64,000 nt of DNA, taken from assembly GCA_044372565.1 (NCBI GenBank), contig JBILRP010000002.1:17396-81395 (forward strand), written 5' to 3'. This document shows positions 45,011 through 53,057 of the stretch, piece by piece. Positions within the stretch are counted from its first letter, which is position 1. Each line of letters opens with the position of its first letter. The notes below the pieces were generated by a model, which was not told where the DNA came from, ran no database searches, and saw only the letters and a list, made by a program, of their open reading frames with translations. The position numbers and the translations under genes are program-made. The DNA comes from Bacilli bacterium. GTDB lineage: Bacteria; Bacillota_I; Bacilli_A; RFN20; CAG-826.

Positions 45011-45732
45011 CCTAAATAGTCCTTAACCAAACCGATCAACATGGGTTTATCTACAGGTTGATCATTTAAAATCTTTTGTAACAATTGCTTGACGGGTTCT
45101 GGGACGTGACGAAGCTGTTTAAACACTTTTAAATATTCTTCAAGGATGATGGATTGATGCTCAAGGACACGACGATACAACAGCATCAAATTTTTTGCGT
45201 CATCCAATGGTTGATGATGCTCACCTTGAAAATTCTCCTTAAATACCAATAGGTTATTTATCAACGATAAAGGATTGCCGTTTTGGTCTTTGATGAATTC
45301 ACCAATAAAACTAGAGTAATCGATCAGGTTTTGGGTGACCGTTTTGACAATGGATTCGTCGGCATCTGGGGAATGATGAAAAGACTGATGAAGAATGCGT
45401 GCATCATGATTGCCAAAGACAACAAAGGACGCTTTCTTAAAGTTTTTCCCGACATAATTTCTTAACGTCATCATCGATTTTGCATAACTAATCCCTTTAT
45501 CGACCACATCGACTTCGGTAATGTTGGTAAGTTTAGTCACGTATCGGCCCACTTCTTTTTTTGGCCTGACCAAGTGGGTGATGCCTTTATAGTTTTTTTT
45601 AATGGTTAAATCTTCATTTAAATCCGCTTTGATTGCTGCAAGGGCAATCAATTCATGGGATTGTTGGGTTCCCTCTAAATCTAGAAAGACAAGGGTTCGA
45701 TGATGACCAATTAATCGAGCAAGCTTTTTCAT
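45007..45732 (-). CDS. DEDDh-type 3'-5' exonuclease (KapD/ERI-1-like)
   Basis: Exo I FLDLEGT, Exo II FGNHDARIL, and Exo III HQPLDDAKNL. TGA/ATG (ATGA) overlap with the recU start. Confidence 0.7.
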   Translation of the reverse strand: MKKLARLIGHHRTLVFLDLEGTQQSHELIALAAIKADLNEDLTIKKNYKGITHLVRPKKEVGRYVTKLTNITEVDVVDKGISYAKSMMTLRNYVGKNFKKASFVVFGNHDARILHQSFHHSPDADESIVKTVTQNLIDYSSFIGEFIKDQNGNPLSLINNLLVFKENFQGEHHQPLDDAKNLMLLYRRVLEHQSIILEEYLKVFKQLRHVPEPVKQLLQKILNDQPVDKPMLIGLVKDYLG

Positions 45733-45792
45733 ATAACCCTCATATTATATCATCCACTTTCTAATTGAATCCTTTATAATATGGTTAATATC

Positions 45793-46155
45793 ATGAAAAA
45801 AAATCTAACCACCGAGTTAATTCTTAATAAAAAGTTTACCCCCGACATGAAAGGGTATAACGGTCATGAAGTCGATTCCTTTTTAGATTTGATTTTAGAG
45901 GACTATCGTTTGATTGAAACGTTTATGAAAGAAGAATTACCCTTATTAAAGTCTCAAGAAACGTTCGTTCAAGGTTTAAAAAATAGAATTCGTGATTTGG
46001 AAATTCAAGTCGCAGAAATGAAAGATAAAGTCAGTGTCATCAATGCCAACAAAACCACCGAGATTAATCAAGATAACTTCCTTTTAATCAAAAAAATCGG
46101 CATTTACGAAAAAGAATTATTTAAACTCGGGATCGACCCAAATAAGTTAAAATAA
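45793..46155 (+). CDS. gpsB: DivIVA-domain cell-cycle protein GpsB
   Basis: N-terminal FTPDMKGYNGHEVDSFLDLILEDY forms the DivIVA domain. The C-terminal DNFLLIKKIGIYEKELFKLG resembles the GpsB NxDILKRxSNLEKxVFG motif. The start could instead be ATG 45781. Confidence 0.75.
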   Translation: MKKNLTTELILNKKFTPDMKGYNGHEVDSFLDLILEDYRLIETFMKEELPLLKSQETFVQGLKNRIRDLEIQVAEMKDKVSVINANKTTEINQDNFLLIKKIGIYEKELFKLGIDPNKLK

Positions 46156-46156
46156 G

Positions 46157-46496
46157 ATTGGTAACCCGGATGACCGCTAGGGCAACCTAGAGGAAAGTCC
46201 ATGCTCGCACAGGCTGTAATGCCTGTAATGTTTGTGCTAACGGAACTGATAACGTTAGGCATATGGCAACATATGACGGCGGTCCCTCCCCTTACCGTAA
46301 GGTTGGGCGATACCTGAAAGTGCCACAGTGACGAAGCTAGTTGGAAACGACTAGGTGCAACGAGGCAAACCCCACAAGCGAGAAACCCAAATTTGGTCGG
46401 GGAAGGAGGAACCACGAAACGAAGTGGAACCTTCCTACTGCAAAGTAGAGATAAATGGTCATCGATTACAGAACATGGCTTACAGGGTTACCTACG
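46157..46496 (+). ncRNA. rnpB: RNase P RNA (bacterial type B)
   Basis: GAGGAAAGTCC at 46190-46200 and ACAGAACATGGCTTA at 46468-46482 are the P4-forming conserved regions. P1 pairs GGTAACCC (46160-67) with GGGTTACC (46485-92). It follows gpsB, as I recall for Bacillus. The ends are approximate. Confidence 0.88.
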
Positions 46497-46513
46497 AGAT
46501 GGAAAGGACGACG

Positions 46514-47131
46514 ATGAATTTACCTAATAAATTAACCACAGGACGCATCATCTTGGTCTTTATGATGATTGGCGTTTTGTTGTATCCATATCAAACGATG
46601 CCAAGTTTACTTGTCAACGGCAGACCCATTCCTTTGGTTTATTTGTTCTCTCTCGCCATCTTTATCCTTGCGTCCATCACCGATTTTCTTGATGGCTATT
46701 TAGCAAGAAAATTAAACCTCATCACCAATCTTGGCAAGTTCCTTGATCCATTGGCAGACAAACTATTAACCAATAGCTTGTTGATACTATTAATGATGAC
46801 CCCAGCATGGTTAGTAGAATCTTCGATGCTACGGGTTCCAGCATGGGCCGTCATCATCATGATCACTCGCGACTTCACGGTTGATGGGATTCGCATGATT
46901 GCGGTGAGTGAAGGAAAAGTGCTTGCGGCGAATGTTTTCGGAAAAGTAAAAACGTTCTTACAAATCTTTGCGATTATTTTCTATTTATTAAATGATGCGT
47001 TGTTTGCATCCTTATCGTTACCAAGTGGATGGAGCATCACCGAAGTCACTTTATATATTGCTGCGATTGCCTCATTATTCTCGTTGATCAACTATATTCA
47101 GCAAGGATGGACATTCATTCGCCATGGATAA
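46514..47131 (+). CDS. pgsA: CDP-diacylglycerol-glycerol-3-phosphate 3-phosphatidyltransferase
   Basis: The CDP-alcohol phosphotransferase motif DGYLARKLNLITNLGKFLDPLADK. ATG 46514 lies after rnpB. The track ORF start at 46355 lies inside rnpB. Confidence 0.9.
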   Translation: MNLPNKLTTGRIILVFMMIGVLLYPYQTMPSLLVNGRPIPLVYLFSLAIFILASITDFLDGYLARKLNLITNLGKFLDPLADKLLTNSLLILLMMTPAWLVESSMLRVPAWAVIIMITRDFTVDGIRMIAVSEGKVLAANVFGKVKTFLQIFAIIFYLLNDALFASLSLPSGWSITEVTLYIAAIASLFSLINYIQQGWTFIRHG

Positions 47132-47588
47132 GGTCATTGCATTCCTACGTGCCCATCAATTAACGATTGCAACCATTGAAAGTTTCACTGGTGGATTACT
47201 CAGTGATGCCTTCATCAATCATCCAGGCATCAGTGATGTCTTTGTTCAAGGTGTGACCCTTTACCAACCCGAAAGTAAACGTCGATGGCTAGGTTTAACC
47301 TCACAACAATTTGATTCATTGAACTTAGTATCATTGTCAATGATTGAGCAATTGTTAAAAAAAGGAATTGCCAATCAAATGGCCAACATTGTTATCGCCA
47401 CCACCGGCAATGCGGGTCCCTCCGTTCAACCTCATTCAACCCTTGGTGAAGTCGTGATTGGCGTCAGTAATGGCAAACATTCCCTTACGGAAAAACTGAT
47501 GTTGAAAGGCAATCGAAAGGATATACGTCTCCAAGGAGTTCAAGCAACGTTCGTTTTACTAGAACGCTTTATAAGCACCTATTATTAA
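47124..47588 (+). CDS. cinA: CinA C-terminal domain protein (PncC-type nicotinamide-nucleotide amidohydrolase)
   Basis: [14 protein letters not shown] is the ESxTGG motif. Conserved position upstream of recA. Confidence 0.8.
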   Translation: MDKVIAFLRAHQLTIATIESFTGGLLSDAFINHPGISDVFVQGVTLYQPESKRRWLGLTSQQFDSLNLVSLSMIEQLLKKGIANQMANIVIATTGNAGPSVQPHSTLGEVVIGVSNGKHSLTEKLMLKGNRKDIRLQGVQATFVLLERFISTYY

Positions 47589-47603
47589 ACAGATATCAAA
47601 TCT

Positions 47604-47612
47604 TGGTATAGT
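47604..47612 (+). promoter_or_regulatory. extended -10 element TGgTATAGT upstream of recA
   Basis: TG at 47604-05 and TATAGT at 47607-12, 26 nt before ATG 47638. No canonical LexA box was seen nearby. Confidence 0.35.
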
Positions 47613-47637
47613 AGAGAGGATAAAAAAGGAAACCATT

Positions 47638-48639
47638 ATGGCAAAAGAAAAAAAAGATAAAGATCAAAAAGATGAGGCTTTAGAAGAAGCCATTCGTAAT
47701 ATTGAAAAAACCTACGGTAAAGGTGCGGTCATGAAACTTGGTGAACGACCAGAAACCGGCATCGATACCATCCCTACAGGGTCTATCTCACTCGATATTG
47801 CCTTAGGGGTTAATGGTTATCCTAAAGGAAGAATCATTGAAATCTTTGGTCCAGAGTCTAGTGGTAAAACAACGCTTGCCTTATCAGCGATTGCCGAATC
47901 ACAAAGACGGGGAGGTCGTGCTGCGTTTATTGACGCTGAACATGCCATTGATCCTGTTTACGCTAGAAAACTAGGTGTGAACATTGATGAATTGATTCTT
48001 TCCCAACCTGATAATGGAGAACAAGCCTTAGAAATTGTGGAAATGTTAGCCCATTCGAATGCGATTGACCTCATTGTGGTTGATTCCGTCGCTGCCCTCG
48101 TTCCTCAAGCGGAATTAGATGGCATGATGGCAGATAACCAAGTCGGTCTTCAAGCGCGATTGATGTCAAAAGCCATGCGTAAACTAGCGGCGGTCTTAAA
48201 CAAATCGAATTGCACAGTCATCTTTATTAACCAACTTCGTGAAAAGGTCGGCATCGCTTATGGCAATCCAGAAGTCACCTCTGGGGGTCGGGCTTTAAAG
48301 TTCTATGCCTCGGTTCGATTAGACATTCGTCGATCCGAAGCCATCAAGGTTGGTGAAACGATCATTGGTAACATGGTGAAAATCAAAGTCGTTAAAAATA
48401 AAGTTGCGCCTCCATTCATGTTTGCAGAAATTGAGTTACTCTTTGGTCAAGGTTTCTCCAAAACTGGTGAAATCCTCGATAAGGCTACCGAGTTAGGATT
48501 GATTAAAAAAATGGGGTCTTGGTATGAATTAGAGGGGACACGGCTTGGTCAAGGTCGGGAAACGGCGAAAGAATATTTAAAAGCACATCCTGAAATTCTG
48601 GAAAAACTTGAAAAAAGAATAAAAACTGGCGAAATTTAA
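47638..48639 (+). CDS. recA: recombinase RecA
   Basis: [12 protein letters not shown] Walker A, plus FIDAEHALDP and INQLREKVG motifs. Confidence 0.97.
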   Translation: MAKEKKDKDQKDEALEEAIRNIEKTYGKGAVMKLGERPETGIDTIPTGSISLDIALGVNGYPKGRIIEIFGPESSGKTTLALSAIAESQRRGGRAAFIDAEHAIDPVYARKLGVNIDELILSQPDNGEQALEIVEMLAHSNAIDLIVVDSVAALVPQAELDGMMADNQVGLQARLMSKAMRKLAAVLNKSNCTVIFINQLREKVGIAYGNPEVTSGGRALKFYASVRLDIRRSEAIKVGETIIGNMVKIKVVKNKVAPPFMFAEIELLFGQGFSKTGEILDKATELGLIKKMGSWYELEGTRLGQGRETAKEYLKAHPEILEKLEKRIKTGEI

Positions 48640-48648
48640 TAGAAACAT

Positions 48649-48676
48649 AACCCAAGGAAACCCTTGGGTTTTTTAT
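48649..48676 (+). terminator. Rho-independent terminator after recA
   Basis: AACCCAAGG-aaac-CCTTGGGTT stem followed by TTTTTT. Confidence 0.8.
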
Positions 48677-48899
48677 TGATAGAAAATTCTTCATGTATTT
48701 GCTATCATAAAGAAGTATCTTCGGATACTGGATATAGATTCGCATTCATCGTTTAGAAACTTAACCAGGTGAAAACCTGATAAAAATCACATAAGATTCA
48801 TCGATTTTAAACGAAGTTTTGCATTTTTTTATACCAACATCAATTGAAAGGAACATCACTCGTCATGATGCTTTCCTATACTGAAAGGAGACGTTATCT

Positions 48900-50465
48900 A
48901 TGGTAGATTTATCTATTCTTATTTTACTTACGGTCTTAGCGTTAATTATTGGGGTTGTTTTGGGGATTTTTATTTACTATAGTTTGCCTATTTTTCGAGC
49001 CAAGGAAGCGATGAAGAAGGCTGCCAAGTTAATCAAGGATGCAGAAATCAAAGCCGATCACTTGGTAAAAAATGCCCAACTCGACGCCAAGCAAACTGTC
49101 TATGAACTCAAGCAAGAAGCTGATAAAGACATCAAAGAAAGAAAAGTTGAAGTCAATCAATTTGAAAGCAAACTCTTTCAACGTGAACAAAGCATTGATC
49201 GTCGTGATCAAGCCTTGATGCAAAAAGAAAAGAACTTAGAAGAAAAATTTGAATTACAACAAAAAAGGATGACCGAAATTGAAAGAAAAGAAGAAGTTTT
49301 ACAATTAAAACTTGATTCCATCATTCATGAATTGGAAAAAGTCTCCGGGATGTCCACACAAGAAGCAAAAACGGAAATTCTTAACCGTGTCGAAGCTAAG
49401 TTAAGCAAAGAAATAGCCGGGATGATTAAAAATAGAGAACAAGAAGCCAAGGATCAAGCGCATACGATTGCCAATGAAATTCTTGGGATGACGTTAAATC
49501 GTTACGCACAAGACTTTGTCACCGAACGAACCGTGTCTGTGATTCACTTACCAAGTGATGAAATGAAGGGACGAATCATTGGTCGTGAAGGTCGTAACAT
49601 TCGTTCCTTGGAACAAGCGCTTGGGGTTGACCTCATCATCGATGACACCCCAGAAGTCATCACCGTCAGCTGCTTTGATCCAATTCGAAGAGAAACGGCG
49701 AAACGTACTTTAGAAATTTTATTAAAAGATGGCCGCATTCAACCATCACGGATTGAAGAAGTCTCTGCCAAAGTCAAAAGCGAACTTGGTGAAGTCATGC
49801 ACAAAGCTGGACAAGAAGCAGCCTTCCGTCTTGGTTTAGGTAACATCCATCCAGAATTATTAGATTTAGTCGGTCGTTTAAAGTATCGGACTTCCTATGG
49901 CCAAAATGCGTATGACCATTCTATTGAAGTCGCCAAACTCTGCGGCATCATGGCCGCAGAATTAGGTGTCGATCAAAACATGGCCAAGCGTGCAGGATTA
50001 CTCCACGACGTTGGTAAATCCATCGATTTTGAAATGGAAGGTTCTCACGTTGAATTAGGGGCACGTTATGCGAAGAAGTACAACGAACCGGATGTGGTCA
50101 TCAACGCCATTGAATCTCACCACGGCGATGCAGAAATTAAATATGTCACCTCGCACTTAGTCATTGCCGCGGATACGTTATCCGCTGCTCGACCAGGGGC
50201 GCGAAGTGAAACCTTAGAAACCTATGTCAAACGCTTAGAACAATTAGAGGTGATTTGCAAATCCTATGAAGGGGTTGCTCAAAGTTATGCGATGCAATCT
50301 GGTCGTGAAGTTCGCATCATGGTTGTTCCCGACAAGATTGATGATGCCTCGGCGTTAAAATTAGCGCGTGATATCAAGGACCGCATTGAAGCAGAAATGA
50401 CCTATCCTGGTCAAATCAAAGTCTCCGTCATTCGCGAATATCGGGCAATTGAAACCGCAAAATAA
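48900..50465 (+). CDS. rny: ribonuclease Y
   Basis: N-terminal TM helix, coiled-coil, KH domain ([12 protein letters not shown]), and HD domain (LLHDVGK, ESHHGD). Confidence 0.95.
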   Translation: MVDLSILILLTVLALIIGVVLGIFIYYSLPIFRAKEAMKKAAKLIKDAEIKADHLVKNAQLDAKQTVYELKQEADKDIKERKVEVNQFESKLFQREQSIDRRDQALMQKEKNLEEKFELQQKRMTEIERKEEVLQLKLDSIIHELEKVSGMSTQEAKTEILNRVEAKLSKEIAGMIKNREQEAKDQAHTIANEILGMTLNRYAQDFVTERTVSVIHLPSDEMKGRIIGREGRNIRSLEQALGVDLIIDDTPEVITVSCFDPIRRETAKRTLEILLKDGRIQPSRIEEVSAKVKSELGEVMHKAGQEAAFRLGLGNIHPELLDLVGRLKYRTSYGQNAYDHSIEVAKLCGIMAAELGVDQNMAKRAGLLHDVGKSIDFEMEGSHVELGARYAKKYNEPDVVINAIESHHGDAEIKYVTSHLVIAADTLSAARPGARSETLETYVKRLEQLEVICKSYEGVAQSYAMQSGREVRIMVVPDKIDDASALKLARDIKDRIEAEMTYPGQIKVSVIREYRAIETAK

Positions 50466-50471
50466 TCGGCG

Positions 50472-51260
50472 ATGAAGTTTTTGTTTATTGGCGATATTGT
50501 TGGCAGTTTTGGTCGGGCCATGGTGGCAAAACATTTGCCACGTCTTAAACAAGAACTTAAGTTAGATTTTGTCATTGCCAATGCAGAAAATGCCAGTCAT
50601 GGTAAAGGATTAGTCCGCAAGCATTATGAAGAATTATTAGCCTCGGGTATTGATGTCATGACTTTAGGTAACCATTACAATGCCAAAGGGGAAATTCGCG
50701 ATTATCTTGACCAAACGGTTAGCTTAGTTAGACCACTAAATTTAAAGCACCCATTTCCTGGTCCAGGGACATTGATGCTGACGGTGAATGGGAAAAAAAT
50801 TCGCGTCACCAACATCTTAGGTCAAGCATTCATGAACGAGGAAGTTCATAATCCGTTTGATAGTTTGTTATCGATTATTCAAACCACGGAAAAAGCTGAT
50901 CTTCACATCGTTGATTTTCATGCAGAAGCAACTGGAGAAAAGTATGCGATGGGGTATGCTTTTGCCGGACAAGTCACCGCGGTGTTTTGTACGCATACCC
51001 ATGTTCAAACCAATGATCTTAGAATGTTAAATCAACAAACGTTATACATCTCCGATGTTGGGATGACCGGTCCATATCTTGGCATCTTAGGTGTCAAAAA
51101 AGAAACCATCATTGCCCGATTATGGAAACAAGAAAAAAACGTTTTTGAACTTGCTGATGATGGCGAATCGGTGTTGTCTGCCGTGTATGCTGAAACCAAT
51201 GATCAAACCAATCTCGTTGTGGATTCAAAAACGATTTTATTCACAGATAAGGTAAAATAG
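50472..51260 (+). CDS. ymdB: YmdB-family metallophosphoesterase (2',3'-cyclic-nucleotide 2'-phosphodiesterase)
   Basis: MKFLFIGDIVG...VIANAENASHGKGL and DFHAEATGEK motifs. Conserved position after rny. Confidence 0.88.
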   Translation: MKFLFIGDIVGSFGRAMVAKHLPRLKQELKLDFVIANAENASHGKGLVRKHYEELLASGIDVMTLGNHYNAKGEIRDYLDQTVSLVRPLNLKHPFPGPGTLMLTVNGKKIRVTNILGQAFMNEEVHNPFDSLLSIIQTTEKADLHIVDFHAEATGEKYAMGYAFAGQVTAVFCTHTHVQTNDLRMLNQQTLYISDVGMTGPYLGILGVKKETIIARLWKQEKNVFELADDGESVLSAVYAETNDQTNLVVDSKTILFTDKVK

Positions 51261-51264
51261 ATTT

Positions 51265-52719
51265 ATGGCAGATTCAAAGTTAAACATCACGGAAAAACCA
51301 GATTTAGACAAAGCTCGTTCACGCGTTCGTCAGGAAATCCCTGTGGTTCGTGATGAGATTGTTGTTCCTGAACGTCTGATTCAATTTGCCCAAGGAAAAA
51401 AATATTTCATTCGCACCTATGGCTGCCAAGCCAACGTTCGTGATGAGGAAAACATGCGAGGTTTATTAGAGCTGAGTGGTTTTGCTTCTGTGGACGATGA
51501 AAAGTCGGCAGACTTAGTGATCATCAACACCTGTGCGATTCGAGAAAACGCAGAAGATAAAGTGTTTGGAGAATTAGGGATTCTTAAAGGACTGAAGGCA
51601 ATCAAACCCGACATGCTCATCGCCGTCAGTGGTTGCATGGTCCAACAAACCCATATTGTCGATACAATTACGCAAAAATACCGGCATGTCGATCTCATGT
51701 TTGGTACCCATAACATTCATCACTTACTTGAATTATTGGACGAAGTGTTTACCAAAAAAACACGAGTGGTTAATGTTCCTTCTAAATACGGTGAAATTGT
51801 TGAAAACATGCCATCTAAGCGAAATCATCGTTTTAAAGCATTTGTTAACATCATGTATGGTTGTGATAAATTTTGCACCTACTGTATTGTTCCTTACACA
51901 AGAGGCAAAGAACGTTCGCGGCTCATGGAAGATGTCCTCAAAGAATGTCACGAACTTGTCAACGACGGCTATCAAGAAATCACCTTGGTTGGCCAAAACG
52001 TGAATTCCTATGGTAAAGATTTTAAAAATGGAACCAATTTTGCTCAACTTTTAGAAGCCGTGGCGCTTACAGGGATTCCCCGATTAAGATTCATGACCTC
52101 TCACCCATGGGACTTTACCGATGAGATGCTAACGATGATTGCCAAACATGACAACATCATGAATCATATCCATCTTCCTTTTCAAGCAGGTGATGACATG
52201 ATTTTACGTTTGATGGCGAGACGATATACCGTTGCCTCTTACCTCGACCTCGTCAACAAAATGAAAAAAACCATTGCGAACGTGACCTTAACCACCGATA
52301 TCATTGTTGGGTTTCCTAATGAAACCGAAGCCCAATTTCAAGGGACGATGGACCTTGTGGAAAAAGTCGGTTTTGAAGCAACCTTTACCTTTATTTATTC
52401 ACCAAGAAAAGGCACCCCTGCTCACAAAATGTTAGACAATGTTCCTTATGAAGAAAAACAAAAGCGATTTTATCGTCTCAAAGAATTAGTGGATAAAATT
52501 GCCAAAGAAAAATCCTTGTTAATGGTAGGAAAAACTTACTCCGTGTTGGTTGATGGCGTCAGCAAAAACAACCCCGATAAGTTATCTGCATACACGGAAA
52601 GTAGCAAGCTCGTTCATTTTGTCGGTGACCATTCCTTGATCGGAAAAATGGTCAGAGTGAGAATCGATGAGGCCAATACTTATACCTTGTTTGGAACTTT
52701 AGTCGATGACCAAGCTTGA
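51265..52719 (+). CDS. miaB: tRNA-i6A37 methylthiotransferase MiaB
   Basis: UPF0004 cysteines (TYGCQAN, NTCAIRE, SGCM). The radical-SAM motif CDKFCTYC. A TRAM domain at the C-terminus. Confidence 0.92.
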   Translation: MADSKLNITEKPDLDKARSRVRQEIPVVRDEIVVPERLIQFAQGKKYFIRTYGCQANVRDEENMRGLLELSGFASVDDEKSADLVIINTCAIRENAEDKVFGELGILKGLKAIKPDMLIAVSGCMVQQTHIVDTITQKYRHVDLMFGTHNIHHLLELLDEVFTKKTRVVNVPSKYGEIVENMPSKRNHRFKAFVNIMYGCDKFCTYCIVPYTRGKERSRLMEDVLKECHELVNDGYQEITLVGQNVNSYGKDFKNGTNFAQLLEAVALTGIPRLRFMTSHPWDFTDEMLTMIAKHDNIMNHIHLPFQAGDDMILRLMARRYTVASYLDLVNKMKKTIANVTLTTDIIVGFPNETEAQFQGTMDLVEKVGFEATFTFIYSPRKGTPAHKMLDNVPYEEKQKRFYRLKELVDKIAKEKSLLMVGKTYSVLVDGVSKNNPDKLSAYTESSKLVHFVGDHSLIGKMVRVRIDEANTYTLFGTLVDDQA

Positions 52720-53017
52720 CGAAGGCATCGATCAATTAGCCAAGGCGATTAAGTCACTCCCTGAGGTGAAACAGTTTTTTGCATTACGGGAACAAATCCT
52801 AAAAGATCCGTTTTTAAATGAACAACAAGCGTTAATGAAACATCATCAAAAAATCATGATGAAACATATCGCGGATGCGGATATCTATAAAAAACATCAA
52901 GAAGCGTACAAACAATGTCAGGGTGAATTTGATCAACATCCGCTTGTGGTCAATTACGTCAATTTAAAAGAACAATTATCTCCCTTATTAAACCAACTCC
53001 AATCGATTATTGAGTAA
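52706..53017 (+). CDS. ymcA: YlbF/YmcA-family protein
   Basis: 103-aa helical protein. Its position between miaB and mutS matches Bacillus ymcA. The sequence pattern is only weakly diagnostic. Confidence 0.55.
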   Translation: MTKLDEGIDQLAKAIKSLPEVKQFFALREQILKDPFLNEQQALMKHHQKIMMKHIADADIYKKHQEAYKQCQGEFDQHPLVVNYVNLKEQLSPLLNQLQSIIE

Positions 53018-53057
53018 GTCATCATCAACCTTATTTGGTATGATGAAAGGTGATAAT

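Noticed and set aside
46104-46415. 103-aa minus-strand ORF, and the 5' part of the plus-strand ORF 46355-47131, both overlapping the gpsB-pgsA gap
   Set aside because: The region encodes RNase P RNA; the conserved GAGGAAAGTCC and ACAGAACATGGCTTA elements and P1 pairing are present. The real pgsA start is ATG 46514.
47545-47568. Possible LexA/Cheo box upstream of recA (ACGTTCG...GAACG)
   Set aside because: The arrangement is GTTC-N9-GAAC, not the Firmicute CGAAC-N4-GTTCG consensus. It also lies inside the cinA coding end. There is no canonical SOS box before recA.
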